Of a DNA stretch of 64,000 nucleotides, positions 27,798-45,826 are shown piece after piece. Position 1 is the first letter of the stretch; each line of letters begins with the position of its first letter. The position numbers were made by a program, and so were the translations under genes. The stretch is from the human T2T-CHM13v2.0 reference genome, Homo sapiens, in the NCBI RefSeq assembly GCF_009914755.1, contig NC_060936.1; one strand, 5' to 3'. Under the pieces are notes generated by a model. The model was not told the origin of the DNA. It saw only the letters and a list, made by a program, of their open reading frames with translations, and ran no database searches.

Positions 27798-28080
27798 AGT
27801 CCAGGACAGTCAAGTCATCGTCTGGCTTTGTTTCCATACCTCGAGCTCTGACTGCATCCCAAGATTACTGGGTAAGCCAAATAAAATAATGAATGTTAAA
27901 AATGTATATACTGTAAGTTATAAAATACTTTAAGTAATATTTATGAATAATATACAAATATATCTTGATGGCATAATATTTTTAAATCTAGGATTCTGTT
28001 ACACTTTTGTCTCACATAACTCCCACAACATTCCTGACAAACTTTCCCATCACGTCTATCTCAAGAAAAGAAAGACAGCA

Positions 28081-28387
<307 letters not shown>

Positions 28388-28859
28388 GAAAGACAGAAAT
28401 TTTATGTCATAAAATTTAAGCAGGGTGATTCAGTTTGAAGAGGCTTGGCTTCTTCCTTAAATTCTTTTCGGAAAAATGATTATCTTACATTGCACAAAAT
28501 AAAGACTCTAACCTGGTATTTAGCTATTGTCCCCAAAACTATCAAAATCCTTTTTATACACAATTTCTCCTTTAAAAAAACAAGAACACTCCATTCACAG
28601 GAACAAGCCACTGTTCTCAAAGTAGTTACAGTAAGCAGAATCTACTATACAAACTCTAGATCTAAGGGCATATTTGCACATTTACATGTCATTTGGTTGA
28701 GATGGCCTGCCTAAATATTTTTTAAAAACTTAAAATTTTCTAATTAAATTTATAATTAGTATTAATATTTTAATTTACTAAGTTTAAAAACTCACAATTA
28801 CCTTTTAAAATGTTGTAAATATTGTGGGGCTCATACCACCCCTCCCATCATAAGAACAC

Positions 28860-29703
<844 letters not shown>

Positions 29704-29779
29704 AGACTAAATTTTAGGAAGTAGCAGGGTTAGAGATATATAGTAGAAGAGTTTCCTTCCTTCCTTTTCTCTCTCTCTC

Positions 29780-30076
29780 CTTTCTTTTTTTTTTAAGACA
29801 GAGTCTTGCACTGTCACCCAGGCTGGAGTGCAGTGGTACAATCACAACTCACTACAGCCTCAACCTTCTGGGTTCAAGCTATCCTCCTACCTCAGCCTCC
29901 AAAGTAACTGGTACCACAGGCACGCATCACCACACCTGGGTAATTTTTTTATTTTTTGTAGAGATGAGGGTCTCACAACGTGGCCCAGGCTAGTCTCAAA
30001 CTCCTGAGGTCAAGCAATCCTCCTGCCTCAGCCTCCCAAAGTGCTGGGGTTACAGGCATGAGCCACCAGACCCGGC
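29780..30076 (-). mobile_element. AluJ-like
   Basis: Full dimer. Confidence 0.88.
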
Positions 30077-30433
30077 TATGTTATGTGTTTTTGATAAGTC
30101 AGTCAGTCACATTACACCATAATTGTAGGTATGCTTGCAAGCTCCTGAAGGATTGTGTCTTTTCATTTTTGAAACACTGGTAACAAGCTCAGAGCCTGAT
30201 AGGCATTCAACAAATGATTGCTGAATGAATTAAATAGCCCTTGTTCTCTCCTGAATCTTCCATCTTTCCCTTTTTAAAATAATAATTTATCTCAAAACAT
30301 GCTCATTTATCTTGCGTATCTTAATGATAACAAAGAATACTTGATATCTGTGTTGGTTCCTGGTTTATATTCTGCTTCAGGGAGCTCATCCACTCTAAGA
30401 GTTCCATTTGTTTCCTCTATATAGAAAACTTGT

Positions 30434-30727
30434 GGCCAGATGCGGTGGCTCACGCCTATAATCTCAGCACTTTGGGAGGCTCAGGCAGGCAGATCACTTG
30501 ATCCTAGGAGTTCGAGACCTGCCTGGGCAATATGGTGAAACCCTGTCTCTACTAAAAACAAACAAACAAACAAAAAACTATACACACACACACACACACA
30601 AATTAGCTGGGCATGGTGGCAAGCACCTTTAGTCCCAGCTACTGGGAGTAAGGGACAGGAGGATCACCTGAGCCTTGGGAGGTTGAGACTGCAGTGAGCC
30701 GTGATTGTGCCACTGCACTCTAGCCTG
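30434..30727 (+). mobile_element. AluJ-like, 3' end and tail missing; (CA)n in linker
   Basis: Ends at cactgcactctagcctg. Confidence 0.88.
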
Positions 30728-30793
30728 TAGATCCACCTCTCCAATAGTATCATTATTACCCATATTCTTCAAGAATAATGTTTGTATTCAACA
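30726..30793 (-). repeat. Inverted duplication 2, arm B
   Basis: Begins exactly where the preceding Alu is truncated. Confidence 0.93.
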
Positions 30794-30895
30794 AAAATAC
30801 AAACATATTTCTTTCCCCTAATATCCGCTCTAAATGTTGAATGGTGGGAAGTGGGAGAGAGCACTAGAGCAACGTAAGTGGTCAGGAATTGTTTA

Positions 30896-31196
<301 letters not shown>

Positions 31197-31246
31197 AGAA
31201 CTGTTTAATCTGTAATATTCTAATATTGTAAAGTAGGTAATGTACT

Positions 31247-31440
31247 ATCCAGGCATAGTGGTGCATGCCTGTAGTCCCAGTCACTCAGGAGGCTGAGGCA
31301 GGAGGATCACTTGAGGCCAGGAGTTAGAGGGGCTGCAGTGCACTATGATCATACCTCTGAATAGCCACTGGCATTTCAGACTGGGCAACGTGGTATGACC
31401 CCATCTCTTTAAATTAAAAAAAAAAGAAAGAAAGAAAGAA
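31247..31440 (+). mobile_element. FAM/FRAM-like monomer
   Basis: ctatgatc...tgaatagccactg FAM-type motif. Confidence 0.75.
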
Positions 31441-31577
31441 ATATGTTACTTGTAGAATTACTTTTAAAAATAAAATCAACTAAGCACTTGCCTATGATTC
31501 TTACAGACTACAAGCAAAAGGGCCAGAACTGGGTATATAACTCCTGATCATTTTCTCATTACAAAAATCTCATATCT

Positions 31578-31898
<321 letters not shown>

Positions 31899-32542
31899 TT
31901 AGGCTCCTCAACAAACCAGCCTCTAACTACATTTCAAACATTAATGCTATCTGTTTTTTATTCTTCCAATGCTCTATGCTCTTTCTATATTTGATTTAGT
32001 TGTGCAATGCTGGGAAAATCCTTATTCACACAGTTAAGTACTTACAAATGACAATCTTTTAACTTTAAATTCACCTTGAATCTTGGGAAGCTCTTCAATT
32101 AAAGTAATTTAGAAGCTTGAAAGAAAGATACAAGGACTTTTGAGTTAAAGTTGCATCATTAACAGTAGTTAGTAACCACTTACATTTTTATCATAATAAA
32201 GGACAGAAGGCGTACAAAATTATAAATTATTATAATTTGAAATCTCTTATATGCATCCATCTACCTGGCTACTAAGCCACAATGACAGCATGTACCATCA
32301 GCAGATGGGCTAGAGCCTTCTTAAATATGCTTCAGCTGAGGCATGTGTGATACAGTGGTGGATGAATTTAGATGTCATACAATTTTATATAAGCCAACAT
32401 GAGACCTGAATTTTTTTTAAGCGACTAGGGCAGGGGCTACAACATTCCTAATTGGTAACATATTTAAAAGGTTTGAAAAATACAGAAGCCCAGAGATAGC
32501 AGAAGTGCTATTCTGAAGTCTGCACAGGAGTGAATAAATCAA

Positions 32543-32935
32543 GTACATACCCAAGAGAAATGAAAACATATGTTCACACAAAAATGTGTACATGAATGTT
32601 CACAGAAGCATTATCCTTAACAGCCCCAAAGCGGAAGCAACCCAAATGCTTACTAACTGATGAATGGATAAATCAAATATGGTGTATATTCATAAAATGA
32701 AATATTATTTCACCATAAAGAAGGAATGAAATACTGACAGATACTACAACATGGATGAGCCTACGGCATTATGCTAAGTGAAAAACACCAGTCATTAAAG
32801 ACCACATATTCTTGCATGGTTCTGTTTATATAAAATGTCCAAAATAGGCAAATTCATAGAAACAGGAAGTAGACCTGTGGTTGCTCAGGGTTAGGACATT
32901 AAGGAACAAAATGGAGAGTAACTGCAAATGGACAT
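32543..32935 (+). mobile_element. L1MB/MC-type fragment followed by a (GA)n tract (32935-32988)
   Basis: acccaagagaaatgaaaacatatgttcacacaaaa...acaacatggatga...tatgctaagtgaaa motifs. Confidence 0.75.
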
Positions 32936-33014
32936 GAGAGAGGGAGAGAGAGACAGAGAGAGAGAGAGGGAGAGAGAGAAAGAGAGAGTCTGGAGTAAAA
33001 ATTCTTCTAAATAC

Positions 33015-33140
33015 TAGAGATGGGGTCTCGCTCTATTGCCCAGACTGCAGTGCAATGGCACAGTCATAGACACTGCAGCCTCAAACTCCTGGGCTCAAGA
33101 GATCTTTCTTTCTCAGCCTCTTGAGCAGCTAAGACTATAG
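33015..33140 (-). mobile_element. Alu right-monomer fragment
   Basis: gagatggggtctcgctct...ctcctgggctcaag. Confidence 0.7.
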
Positions 33141-34899
33141 TCACAAACGGGGCTCCACGGTCTATATGTATTTAATTTTCAATAGCAAACACTTCTGCAG
33201 CAGACCAGAACACAATTTTCCCCCAACTCCTGGCAGGTGGTACCAGGAAGACTTGATTCCTTGACAAATACTAAGATAGTCCTTGGTAAGCACAGACAAA
33301 ACAGATTACTTACATCATTTCTATAAAAACTAGGTTAAAGTTTTCAGCAAAGCCTCTCAAATCATTAAATGACACGACAGTTTGGCATTTGCTTTTCACT
33401 TAATTTGAAAGACTAAGGACAATCTTCAAGACTACAAATAGGTCACTCTCAACTTTCCCTTCCTCTTAGCCAACTAAACATTTAAGCCCTTTCCATTTTT
33501 CTTTCATATTATTCCAACTGTTCCTCTTTATCATACCCACTAATACTACTCTAGCTTAACCCAACAGACTTCTACAGCACCTTCTCCTTTCCAATCCAAG
33601 ATTACTCTTGCTTCCATTAATTTATTTAACAAATATTTATTAAGCATTTACTATGTTCCATTAAATATTCCAATTACTGTTCTAAGTACTGGGAAGAGAG
33701 CACTGAACAAAACTTGCTTTTATCATGTGCTATTTTATCAAGGGGGTGACCTTAGTTCTTATCTCACAGAGAAAAGAGAAGCTATTCGATTAGAATGTCC
33801 ACAGCCTTCCATCTGTACCGACATAGTCTGACTTCCCTACCCTTACTCTTAATTAAACCATCCATCTCTCTGCCCACTGGATCCCTTTCTCCAGGACACA
33901 CTCCTGCCACTGACCTCCTTTGTTTCCTGCTTAAACAATATTTCCTTCTCTACTGGGTTATTCCTGTCAGCATACAAAATATTTCAATAATTCATACCTC
34001 AAAAAGAAAAAAAAAAAAAAAACTCTTTCCTGAGTCTACATCCCTGTCTAGCCACTGCCCCATTTGTTTTCTTTTCCATGACACCTCAAAAAAATTTTCT
34101 ATACTCACTCTATACTTTTCCCACTCTCTCTCAGGCTCACATTAGTCAGGCTCTTGTCCTTCCACTCCAGCAAAATTATTTATTTCAAGGTCACTGATAA
34201 CCACTTTACCAACAGTCAACTGTAGTCATCCTAGCCTTTTCCAGCAACACTTCACTGAGTTTATCACTCCTTCCCTTCCTGAAAAACTTTTTTCACTCAG
34301 CCTCTAGGACACCACACTCTTCACATTTCTCTCCTGCCTCACTGGCTACTCTTTCACAGTTTCATTTACTGATTCCCTTCCAGTGTCCCAAATTTCTAAA
34401 CTTCAGAGTACCTCAGGACTGAGTCTTTGGATACCTCTTATCTACGCTAACCCTCCAGACCAGTGCTACTCAAAAAGTGTAGTCAACGAATGAAGAGTAG
34501 CAACACCAGGTACCTCTTAAAAATGCAAATTCTCAGGCCTTGCCCTAGAACTAGGGTGATTTTTTTATGCATGCTAAAAGCACTCCTCTTGTTGACCTCA
34601 TTCAGTCCTCGGTTTTAAGTATCATCTGTACAATGGTTTTCGACCCTGGCTCCACATTGGATTTCACTTGCAATGGCATTTTAAAAATATGACTAGAAAG
34701 CAAAAGTTAAATTTTGCTAAATTTTATAAATAGAATATTTGTAAAAATAACACTTAAGGAAAAACTAGATTATGACATTGAAAGTAATGAACATTAATTT
34801 TAATAATGAAAGTAGTCCCTGAATAATCTTTTCTATGCATCAAAGTTTTCCTCAAAGGCATACATAAACCCCTCACATTGAAACATATGAAAACAATGT

Positions 34900-35455
34900 G
34901 ATCCATAACATCCAGGCATTTCCCTTTCAATATATGTACTCAAAGAAGGAAATATATGTCCATACAAAAACTTGTACACAAATGTTCATAGCAACTTCAT
35001 TTGTAATGGCCCAAAACTGAAAATAACCCAAATGTTAATCAACAGGTGAATGGATAAAGAAACTGTGGTACATCCATACAATGGAATACTACTCAGCAAC
35101 ACAAAGAAATGAACCACTGACACTCAAGAGGAGTTATGCCGAGTGAAAGAGATTGGACCAAAAAAATACACACTGTATGATTCCATTCACATAAATTTCT
35201 AGAAAATGCAAACTAATTTATAGTGACAGAAAGCAGATCAGTAGTTGCCTAGCAACCAGAGATGGGATGGGGGTAGGTACAGGAGGGAGGAATTAAAAAT
35301 GGGCACAAAGAAACTCCAGAAAATAATGGATGTGTGTCTGCTCTCTTGATTGTGGTGATAGTTTCACAGGTATATTCATATGTCAAAACTTAACATATTG
35401 CATGTTTTATGTGTGGTTTATTGTATGTCAATTATACCTCAAAAAAAAAAAGCTG
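34900..35455 (+). mobile_element. L1MC/MD-type 3' fragment
   Basis: aacaggtgaatggataaa...catacaatggaatactactcagca...tcaattatacctcaa. Confidence 0.75.
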
Positions 35456-35499
35456 TCTAAAATTTTTTTAACCTAACTACTAATCAAATTAAAACGGGA

Positions 35500-35644
35500 G
35501 GCCAGGCACGGTGGCTCACGCCTGTAATCCCAGCACTATGGGAGGCCGAGGTGGGCAGATCATGAGGTCAAAAGATTGAGACCATCCTGGCCAACGAGAT
35601 CGCACCACTACACTCCAGCCTGGCGACAGAGCAAGACTCTGTCT

Positions 35645-35680
<36 letters not shown>
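35500..35680 (+). mobile_element. AluSc-like with large internal deletion and A35 tail
   Basis: Junction ggccaac|gagatcgc; TSD aaattaaaacggga / aaattaaaacagga. Confidence 0.88.
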
Positions 35681-35682
<2 letters not shown>

Positions 35683-35874
35683 AAAACAGGAATACCTAGG
35701 TCCCACTTAAATGAGGATCTGTAGGCTCAAATTTTTTGAAAGTTCTCAAGCTGATGTGTATTCAAGGTTGAAAACAATTGATCTATACACAGATATTAAA
35801 ATTTTATCAGCCCCAATGTCTCCCATAAACTCCAGACTTCTATAACCAACTACCTACTTAACATATCCACTTGG

Positions 35875-36330
<456 letters not shown>

Positions 36331-36589
36331 AACAATATACTCTTGATTTCTCCCTTCTCCCACTCTTCCAATCTTCAACAATCTTTTTATCTCTCAGTAA
36401 CTAGCACTTCATTCTTCCAGTTGCTTAGACCGAACACTTAGAAGCAGTATTTATTCCGTTTTTCCTCTCATACTCACATCTAAGTCACCATCAAATGCTT
36501 TCCATCCCCACCTTCAAAATAAGTCTAAAATTGAATGCTTTCTTACCACCTCCATTGATACCACCCTTGTAATATCTTCATAACATCCC

Positions 36590-36893
<304 letters not shown>

Positions 36894-37161
36894 ACATCCC
36901 TCAATTGTTCTGCTACAGGCCATTCTTCCACAGAGCAGCCACTGTGATCCTTCCAAATGTAAATCAAATTATATTATTCCTCTGCTTAAAACCACCCAAT
37001 GGGCTCCTCCTTTCCACCCAATCAATCCCCTTCACTGGCAACCAGAGTATATGGCAATCAACAAAATCCAAAATTATTGCTCTAGTCCACAAGTCTCTAT
37101 GTGATATAGGCTCTTCCTATCTGATCTTCTATACTCTTCTATATGGCACCCATTATTCCAG

Positions 37162-37572
37162 TGTCTTAGTCTGCTTGGGCTGTCATAACAAAATACCATA
37201 GACTGGGTAGCTTAAACAGCAGATATTTATTTTCTCACAGTTCTGGAGGGTGGAAAGTCCAAGACCAAGGTCCAGTAGGGTTCCGCTTCTACTCAGGGCT
37301 CTCTTCTACTTACATTTCCTTCTGGCTTACAGACGGCCATGTTCTCACTGTGTCCTCACAAGGCCTTTCCTCAGTGCATGCACAGGGAGAGACCGACAAA
37401 CCTCTCCCTCTTCTTACAAGGCCACCAATCCTACTGGATTAGGACTCCACTTTTACGAGTTCATTTAATCTTAATTGCCTCCTACCAGCCTTATCTCCAA
37501 ATACAGTCACATAGGGGGTGAGGGCTTCATTCAGTATGTGAATTTTGGAGAGATGCAACTGAGTCCACAGCA
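37162..37572 (-). mobile_element. MaLR solo LTR (MLT1A-like)
   Basis: tgtcttagtctgcttgggctgtcataacaaaataccatagactgggtagcttaaac...; 5-bp TSD-like tccag / tcctg. Confidence 0.85.
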
Positions 37573-38816
37573 TCCTGCATCAATGGCTTTCTACTTCTGC
37601 CCGAGGGTTTCCCCTGCTGTTCCTCTGCCCACTCACTCCCTCACTTCTTCCAGGTCTCTGTTCAAACGCCAAATGTCAGAGAAGTCTTCCTTTTTACTTT
37701 ATTCTTTTTTTACTGTATATGAATGCCAGACCATAATTGTAGGAGAAGTCTTTCTTAATCTGACACAAAACAGCATTCTACTCTCCAACTTCACTCCCTA
37801 CTCTATCCTCCTTACTATGCTTTATTTTCTTCAAAGCACTTCTCTACCTACTACATTACATATTATTATTAATAGTTTATCATCTGTTTTCCTCTACCAG
37901 AATAGAATATAGGCTCCCTACCACCCCCCTAATTGTAAACAGGGACTTTTTCCTCTTCTATTTTGTTCACTGCTGTTTCTCCTGTGCCTACAGCATAAAA
38001 ATACTTAATGTGCAAAAATATGTACATCTATTTTGTATCAATAAAGAAAAATAAATATTTAATGTTTTTAATGAATGAACGTTAAACCATCCTACAAAAA
38101 ATTTCCAGGGATCTGTGATCCTATCGCACTTGTTTTCAACCCTGGCTACACATTAGCATCACAAGGAGTCCTTTTAAAATTACTATACTTGGGCCCCCAC
38201 CCAGACCAATTGAATAAAAGACCTCCAGGAATGAAGCCTGGTACAGGTTATTTTTCAAATCTCCTGGGCTGCTCCTATTGTGCAGTCAATGGCCTATAAA
38301 ACAAGATCAAATCAGGATCTGCCAGGTGAAGCAAATTATTACATTTCACCTTTGCTTTCCTAATCCACTGAAGATTCCATCTTTTCCAAATAACCTTATC
38401 TACTCTAGTATTATCGTCATCTCTCCCCTCTCTAAAACACTACAGCCTATGTAGACTATGACAAATAATCATTATAAATACATATATAACTATATCATCA
38501 AATACAGTTTGCTCCCATTTTCATTTTTATTTTTTAAAATAAAAAAAAAATCTTCTGTCCAATGTGTCAGCACCACTTTCAAACTACTTATATTTCTTTT
38601 TAACCCTCAAAGTGTTATGCACATACTGGATACTGAATACATGCTAAATGAAGAAAATTTGCTTATAAAATTATGTGCCCTTTCAATTTGTACTAAACCA
38701 GAGACAGGGTGCATAATTCTAATCTTTTATTAAGAACCACTTAAATCAGTGGTGTCTAACACCCTGGCGACATATTGGAATCATCTGAGGAGCTTTAAAA
38801 AAAAAATACCCCTTTA

Positions 38817-39758
<942 letters not shown>

Positions 39759-39996
39759 TCACAGAAAACAATTTTCCAAATAGTTCTTTATGATATGGAT
39801 AGACTGATAGTATACTCACTAATAAACCATGCCTAGTTTTAGCTAAAATAAGTCTTTTCTAGGTATTAATTTTTTCTTTTACAATTCAGCTTCCATTTCT
39901 GCAACCTATAATTCTGGAGGACTTACTAGTACAAAGTATTTTTCCTAAGTTTCTTTCATTTGTTTCATTAACTTAGTCACTCATGAAAATGTTTAT

Positions 39997-40544
39997 TGTG
40001 GCAGGCAGCCTTCTAAAATGGCCACTAGTAATCCCTGCCTCCTGGTATTCATGCCCTTATCCAAACCCCTTCCCTACATGTGGGCTGGACCTAGTGAGGT
40101 GCTTCTAATAAATAGGATACAGCAAAAACCGATTGGATGTCATTTCCAAAATTAGCTTACTAAAACACTCTAGCTTCTACCCTCACTCTCTCCCCTTGTT
40201 GTGATCTCCCCTAACAGAGTGGCCCATGTGGCAAAGAACTGAGGGAAGCCTCTGGTCAACAGGTCATCAGGAACTAATGTCCTAGGTCCAACTGCCAGCA
40301 AAGAACTGAGGTCAACAGCCACCTGAATAAGCCTGGAAGTGAGTGATTCCTCCTGTCGGGACCCTTGAGAGAGCTGCAGCCCCAGCCACAACGCTGACTG
40401 CAGCCTTGTATCAGGAGATCCTGAATCAGAGGACCCAGCTGAGCTGTACCTAGATTCCTTATCCATAGAAATCTGTGAGATATAAATGTCGGTAAGTAGC
40501 TAAGTTCCGGGTAATTTGTTATGCAGCAGTAGGTAACTAATATA
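39997..40544 (+). mobile_element. MaLR solo LTR (MLT1F-H-like)
   Basis: tgtggcaggcagcc...ccctgcctcctggtattcatgccc...gtaatttgttatgcagcagtaggtaactaata. Confidence 0.8.
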
Positions 40545-40557
40545 TGTATTTATACTA

Positions 40558-40893
<336 letters not shown>

Positions 40894-43800
40894 TCACTAC
40901 AGAAAATCTGGTGCCCATAATGGGAGGATGGCTTCTTTGATACACCTAGCTCTGGGCAACTGAATCTTTATATATTACATAGAAGTTATGGCACTCAGTT
41001 AATTCACACTGGACTGCAACAAATCATCCATTAGGTTACAGCACATTCAGAGTGGGACAAGCTGTCCTTTGTTTGAGGTTACTGAAGTAAATAATACTTG
41101 ATTTGCCCTTCACTTATCATTCTAATACAACTGTGCTAGTTGGTGTTTCACTTCTTTGTGATGTTCATTTTAATGTGTGCTTATTCCTGTTACACAGTTT
41201 ACTCTGTGCTCTTTCCTTACTACTTCTCCTACTGCTTTCCCTCTACTTCCTGCCCTGGTGCTGGTAAGACACTGGTTTTAAGAGTCATAGTCAGGCAGTA
41301 GTATTATTGCCCCTTTCATCCTGTGTCTCCACTGCCTTTTACCAGCCAGAGCTGTTACTTCTTGCGTAATGATCAGATCTGTGGCTCTTTGAATAACTGC
41401 TCCGGGAACAGCTTACTGCAGTATTCTCAAAGCACAGTCTCTATACCAATAGTGGGCTCTGTCAGTCTATTGTATGCTCTACAGGTAGCCTGGTATAATC
41501 ATAAACTTAAAAGGTAATTATGATTTTTCACAGAAACCCTGCTGTTCTTATGTAATAAATAATTCAAACTCATAAAAATTGTTTTAACTCATAAAAGCAG
41601 AGATGAAAATAATTCACAGATGCCAGAATTCAAAATAATGCTGTGAAAGCAAACAATAAACAAGGCTTCAATGGAATGTGGAATGTCAATCAGTATGAAC
41701 TGGGTAAATGAATTTATAACTGTGATGTCTATGCCAAGTACCTAGAAAAGTATGAATGAGAAGCGTAGTAATAAGTATCTGAAAACTGTTTTTTAACAGT
41801 TTTTTACATTTTACATTTTGCTTGTTTCACAAACAAAAGGATGTTCTTTAACATCCTTTTGCTTCTAGTGGCCAGTGTTACCTAGTGTAATCTTTTTTCA
41901 AATAGTGGCATGAAACATCAAAGTTTTTGAATAATTTTCAACATGAAAGTACCTCTCTGCCAAACAAAGTAAGGTTTTATAAAACAAGGGCAAAATATGC
42001 TCTTCTGTGTAAACTGATGAATTATTTCACAAAAAAAGAAGGTTAAAACTACAAAAGCATCATTTATAGTTGTATTTACAATATAAAAACATTATAAAGA
42101 AGGTTTTTAAAAAATTCACAAAGTTCATGATATGTTTGACGAGGAAGCAGAAGGCATGAAATTCTGTTAACATATGATGTGGCCGGGTATTTTATAATGC
42201 TGATAGCATGCAATGTAGAAGAGTTAACACTATTACATGGTAACAGGTATTTTTGCTTTACAGTTGGAACAAAACACAAATGTGAAAAAAAAATCAATCA
42301 GCTTGTTATGTAATTACAGACAATCTATTTGAGAAAGACGTGAACAATGACTTCTGTTTTATCACTTACATCAAAACTGAAAGAAAAGTTATTTCTAGTA
42401 GAGTGAAACTATAACATAAACTGAACTACAATATCATTGGAAAAGATGAGCTGGAATCACAACTTTACCTGTGTAGATACAAAGTTATAGAAGAGGTTGC
42501 AAAAGATTGCCTAATCTTCATGTTGCTTTAAACCTCAGTATGTAATTGGCAATCAAAAATACACTTCCCACACTCAATGAGGTCAGAACGGTTGTAATGT
42601 TTTTTCCACAGAAAGAAAACATTATTGAATATATTGAATTTTCCATCTTAATATAAACTGGCTATTGCAGGAAAAAGAATTTACATTTCAAGAAACAGAA
42701 AGCATCCTAAATGATCATATATAATTTCTAGACCACTGCTCAAGTGATATCCATATCAGGACATACAATGAAAATCTTGAATAGCATGAACACAAGAGCA
42801 CATCTCATTTTATTGTGCATTACTTTATTACTTTTTACAAATTGAAGGTTTGTGGCAATCCTGTGCTCAGCAAGGCTATTGGCGCCATTTTTCCAACAGC
42901 ATGTAAAAGTTGTCTCTGTGTCGCATTTTGGTAATTCATAAAATGTTTTCGTTATTATTATATCTGTTATGGTGATCTATGATTGGTGATCTTTGATGTT
43001 ACTGCTGTCATTGTTTTGAGGAGCCAAGGCCCACACCTGTATATGACAGTCAACTAAATTGGTAAGTGTTTGTGTTCTGGCTGCTCCACTGACCAGCTGT
43101 TCCCTGTCTCTCCTTCTCCTTGAGCCTCCCTCTTCCCTGAGACACAATAATATTAAAATTTGGCCAATCAATAACTCAACAATGGTGTCTAATAATTGTT
43201 CAGGTGCGAGGAAGAGGCATACATCTCTCACTTTAAATCAAAAGCTAGAAATGATTAAGCTTAGTGAGGAAGGCATGTCAAAAGCCGAGACAGACCAAAA
43301 GCTAGGCCTTTTGTGCCAGTTAGCTAAGATGTGACTATAAAGAAAAGCTGTCGAAGGAAATTTAGAATGGTACTCCAGGGAACACACAAATGATAAGGAA
43401 GCAAAACAGCCTTACTACTGGGATATGGAGAAAAGTTTCAGCTTGGATAGAAGATCAAACCAGTCACAACATTTCATTAAACCAAAGCCTAATCCACAGC
43501 AAGACCCTAACTCCATTCCATTCTATGAAGGCTGAAAGAGGTGAGGAAGCTGCAGAAAAGTCAAGCCACCTTCACATGAAAAAATTACAAAGTGAAGCAG
43601 CAAGTGCTTATATAAAAACTGCATCAAGTTATACAGAAGATCTAGCTAAGAGAGTTGATAGAGGTGGCTACACTAAACAACAGATTTTCAATGTAGACAA
43701 AAAAGCATTATTGAAAGAAGATGCCATCTAGGACTTTCAGAGCTAGAGACGAAAAGTCAATGCCTTGATTCAAAGCTTCAAAGGACAGGCTGACTCTCTT

Positions 43801-44040
43801 GTTAGGGGCTAATGCAGTTGGTAACTTTTAAGGTGAAGCCAATGCTCACTGACCATTCCAAAATTCCTAGACCCTTTGAAATTATGCTAAATATACTCTG
43901 CCTGTGCTCTATAAATGAAACAACAAAGCCTGGATGATAGCACATCTGTTTACAGCATAGTGTACTGAATTTAAAATATTCAGCTCACCGTTAAGACCTG
44001 AATTTAAAATATTTAGCTCACTGTTTAAGCTCACTATTGA

Positions 44041-44519
<479 letters not shown>

Positions 44520-44804
44520 CTCAAGTCTCATTATATTAGAAATACATTTCATAAGGCTATAGCTGCCAGATAGTGTGATTCCTTGGATGGATCTCGGCAA
44601 AGTAGATTGAAACCTTCTGGAAAGGCTTCGCCATTCTAGATGTCATTAAGAACATTTGTGACTCAGGGAAGGAGGTCTAAATATCAACATGAACAGGAGT
44701 TTGGTGGAAGTTGATGCCAATTATCATGGATGACTGAATGGTTCAAGATTTCAGTGGAGGAAGTAACAGCAGATGTGGTAGAAATAGCAAGAGAACTAGA
44801 ATTA

Positions 44805-45167
<363 letters not shown>

Positions 45168-45826
45168 TCATGACCAAGCTTTCACAGATGAGGAGTTGCT
45201 TATTACAGATAAACACACAAAGTGGTTTCTTGATATGGAATCTACTCCTGGTGAAGATGCTGTGAACACAGTTTAAATGACAACAAAGGATTTAGAATAT
45301 TACATAAACTTAATTGATAAAGAAGCAACAGGGCTTGAGAGGACTGGCTTAAATTTTGAAAGAAGTTTTGCTGTGAGTAAAATGCTATGCAACAGCACTG
45401 CATGCTACAGATGAATCTTTCATGAAAGGAAGAGTTAATCAATGTGGAAAACTTTATTGTCTTAATTTTAAAAATTGCTACAGCCACCCCAACCTTCAAC
45501 AATCACCAACATGATCACTCAGCAGCCATTAACATCAAGACAAGACCCTCCACCAGCAAAAAGATTACAACTAGCTGAAAGCTCAGATGGTCATTTGAAT
45601 TTTTTAGCTATATTTTAAATTAAGGTATATACATTGTTGTTTTTGGATATAATGCTATTATTACACATTTAACAAACTACAGAATGGTGTAAACATAACT
45701 TTTATATGAACTAGGAAACCAAAAACTTCGTATGACTTGCTTTGTTGTGATATTTGCTTTACTGCAATGTTCTAGATATAGGGCACAATACAATAAATTT
45801 ATTTTTTAATTTTAAAAAGTCAGGCT

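Noticed and set aside
32030-32280. Strong minus-strand donor-like motifs (GTAAGTAC, GTAAGTGG)
   Set aside because: No convincing paired acceptor with a polypyrimidine tract found upstream.
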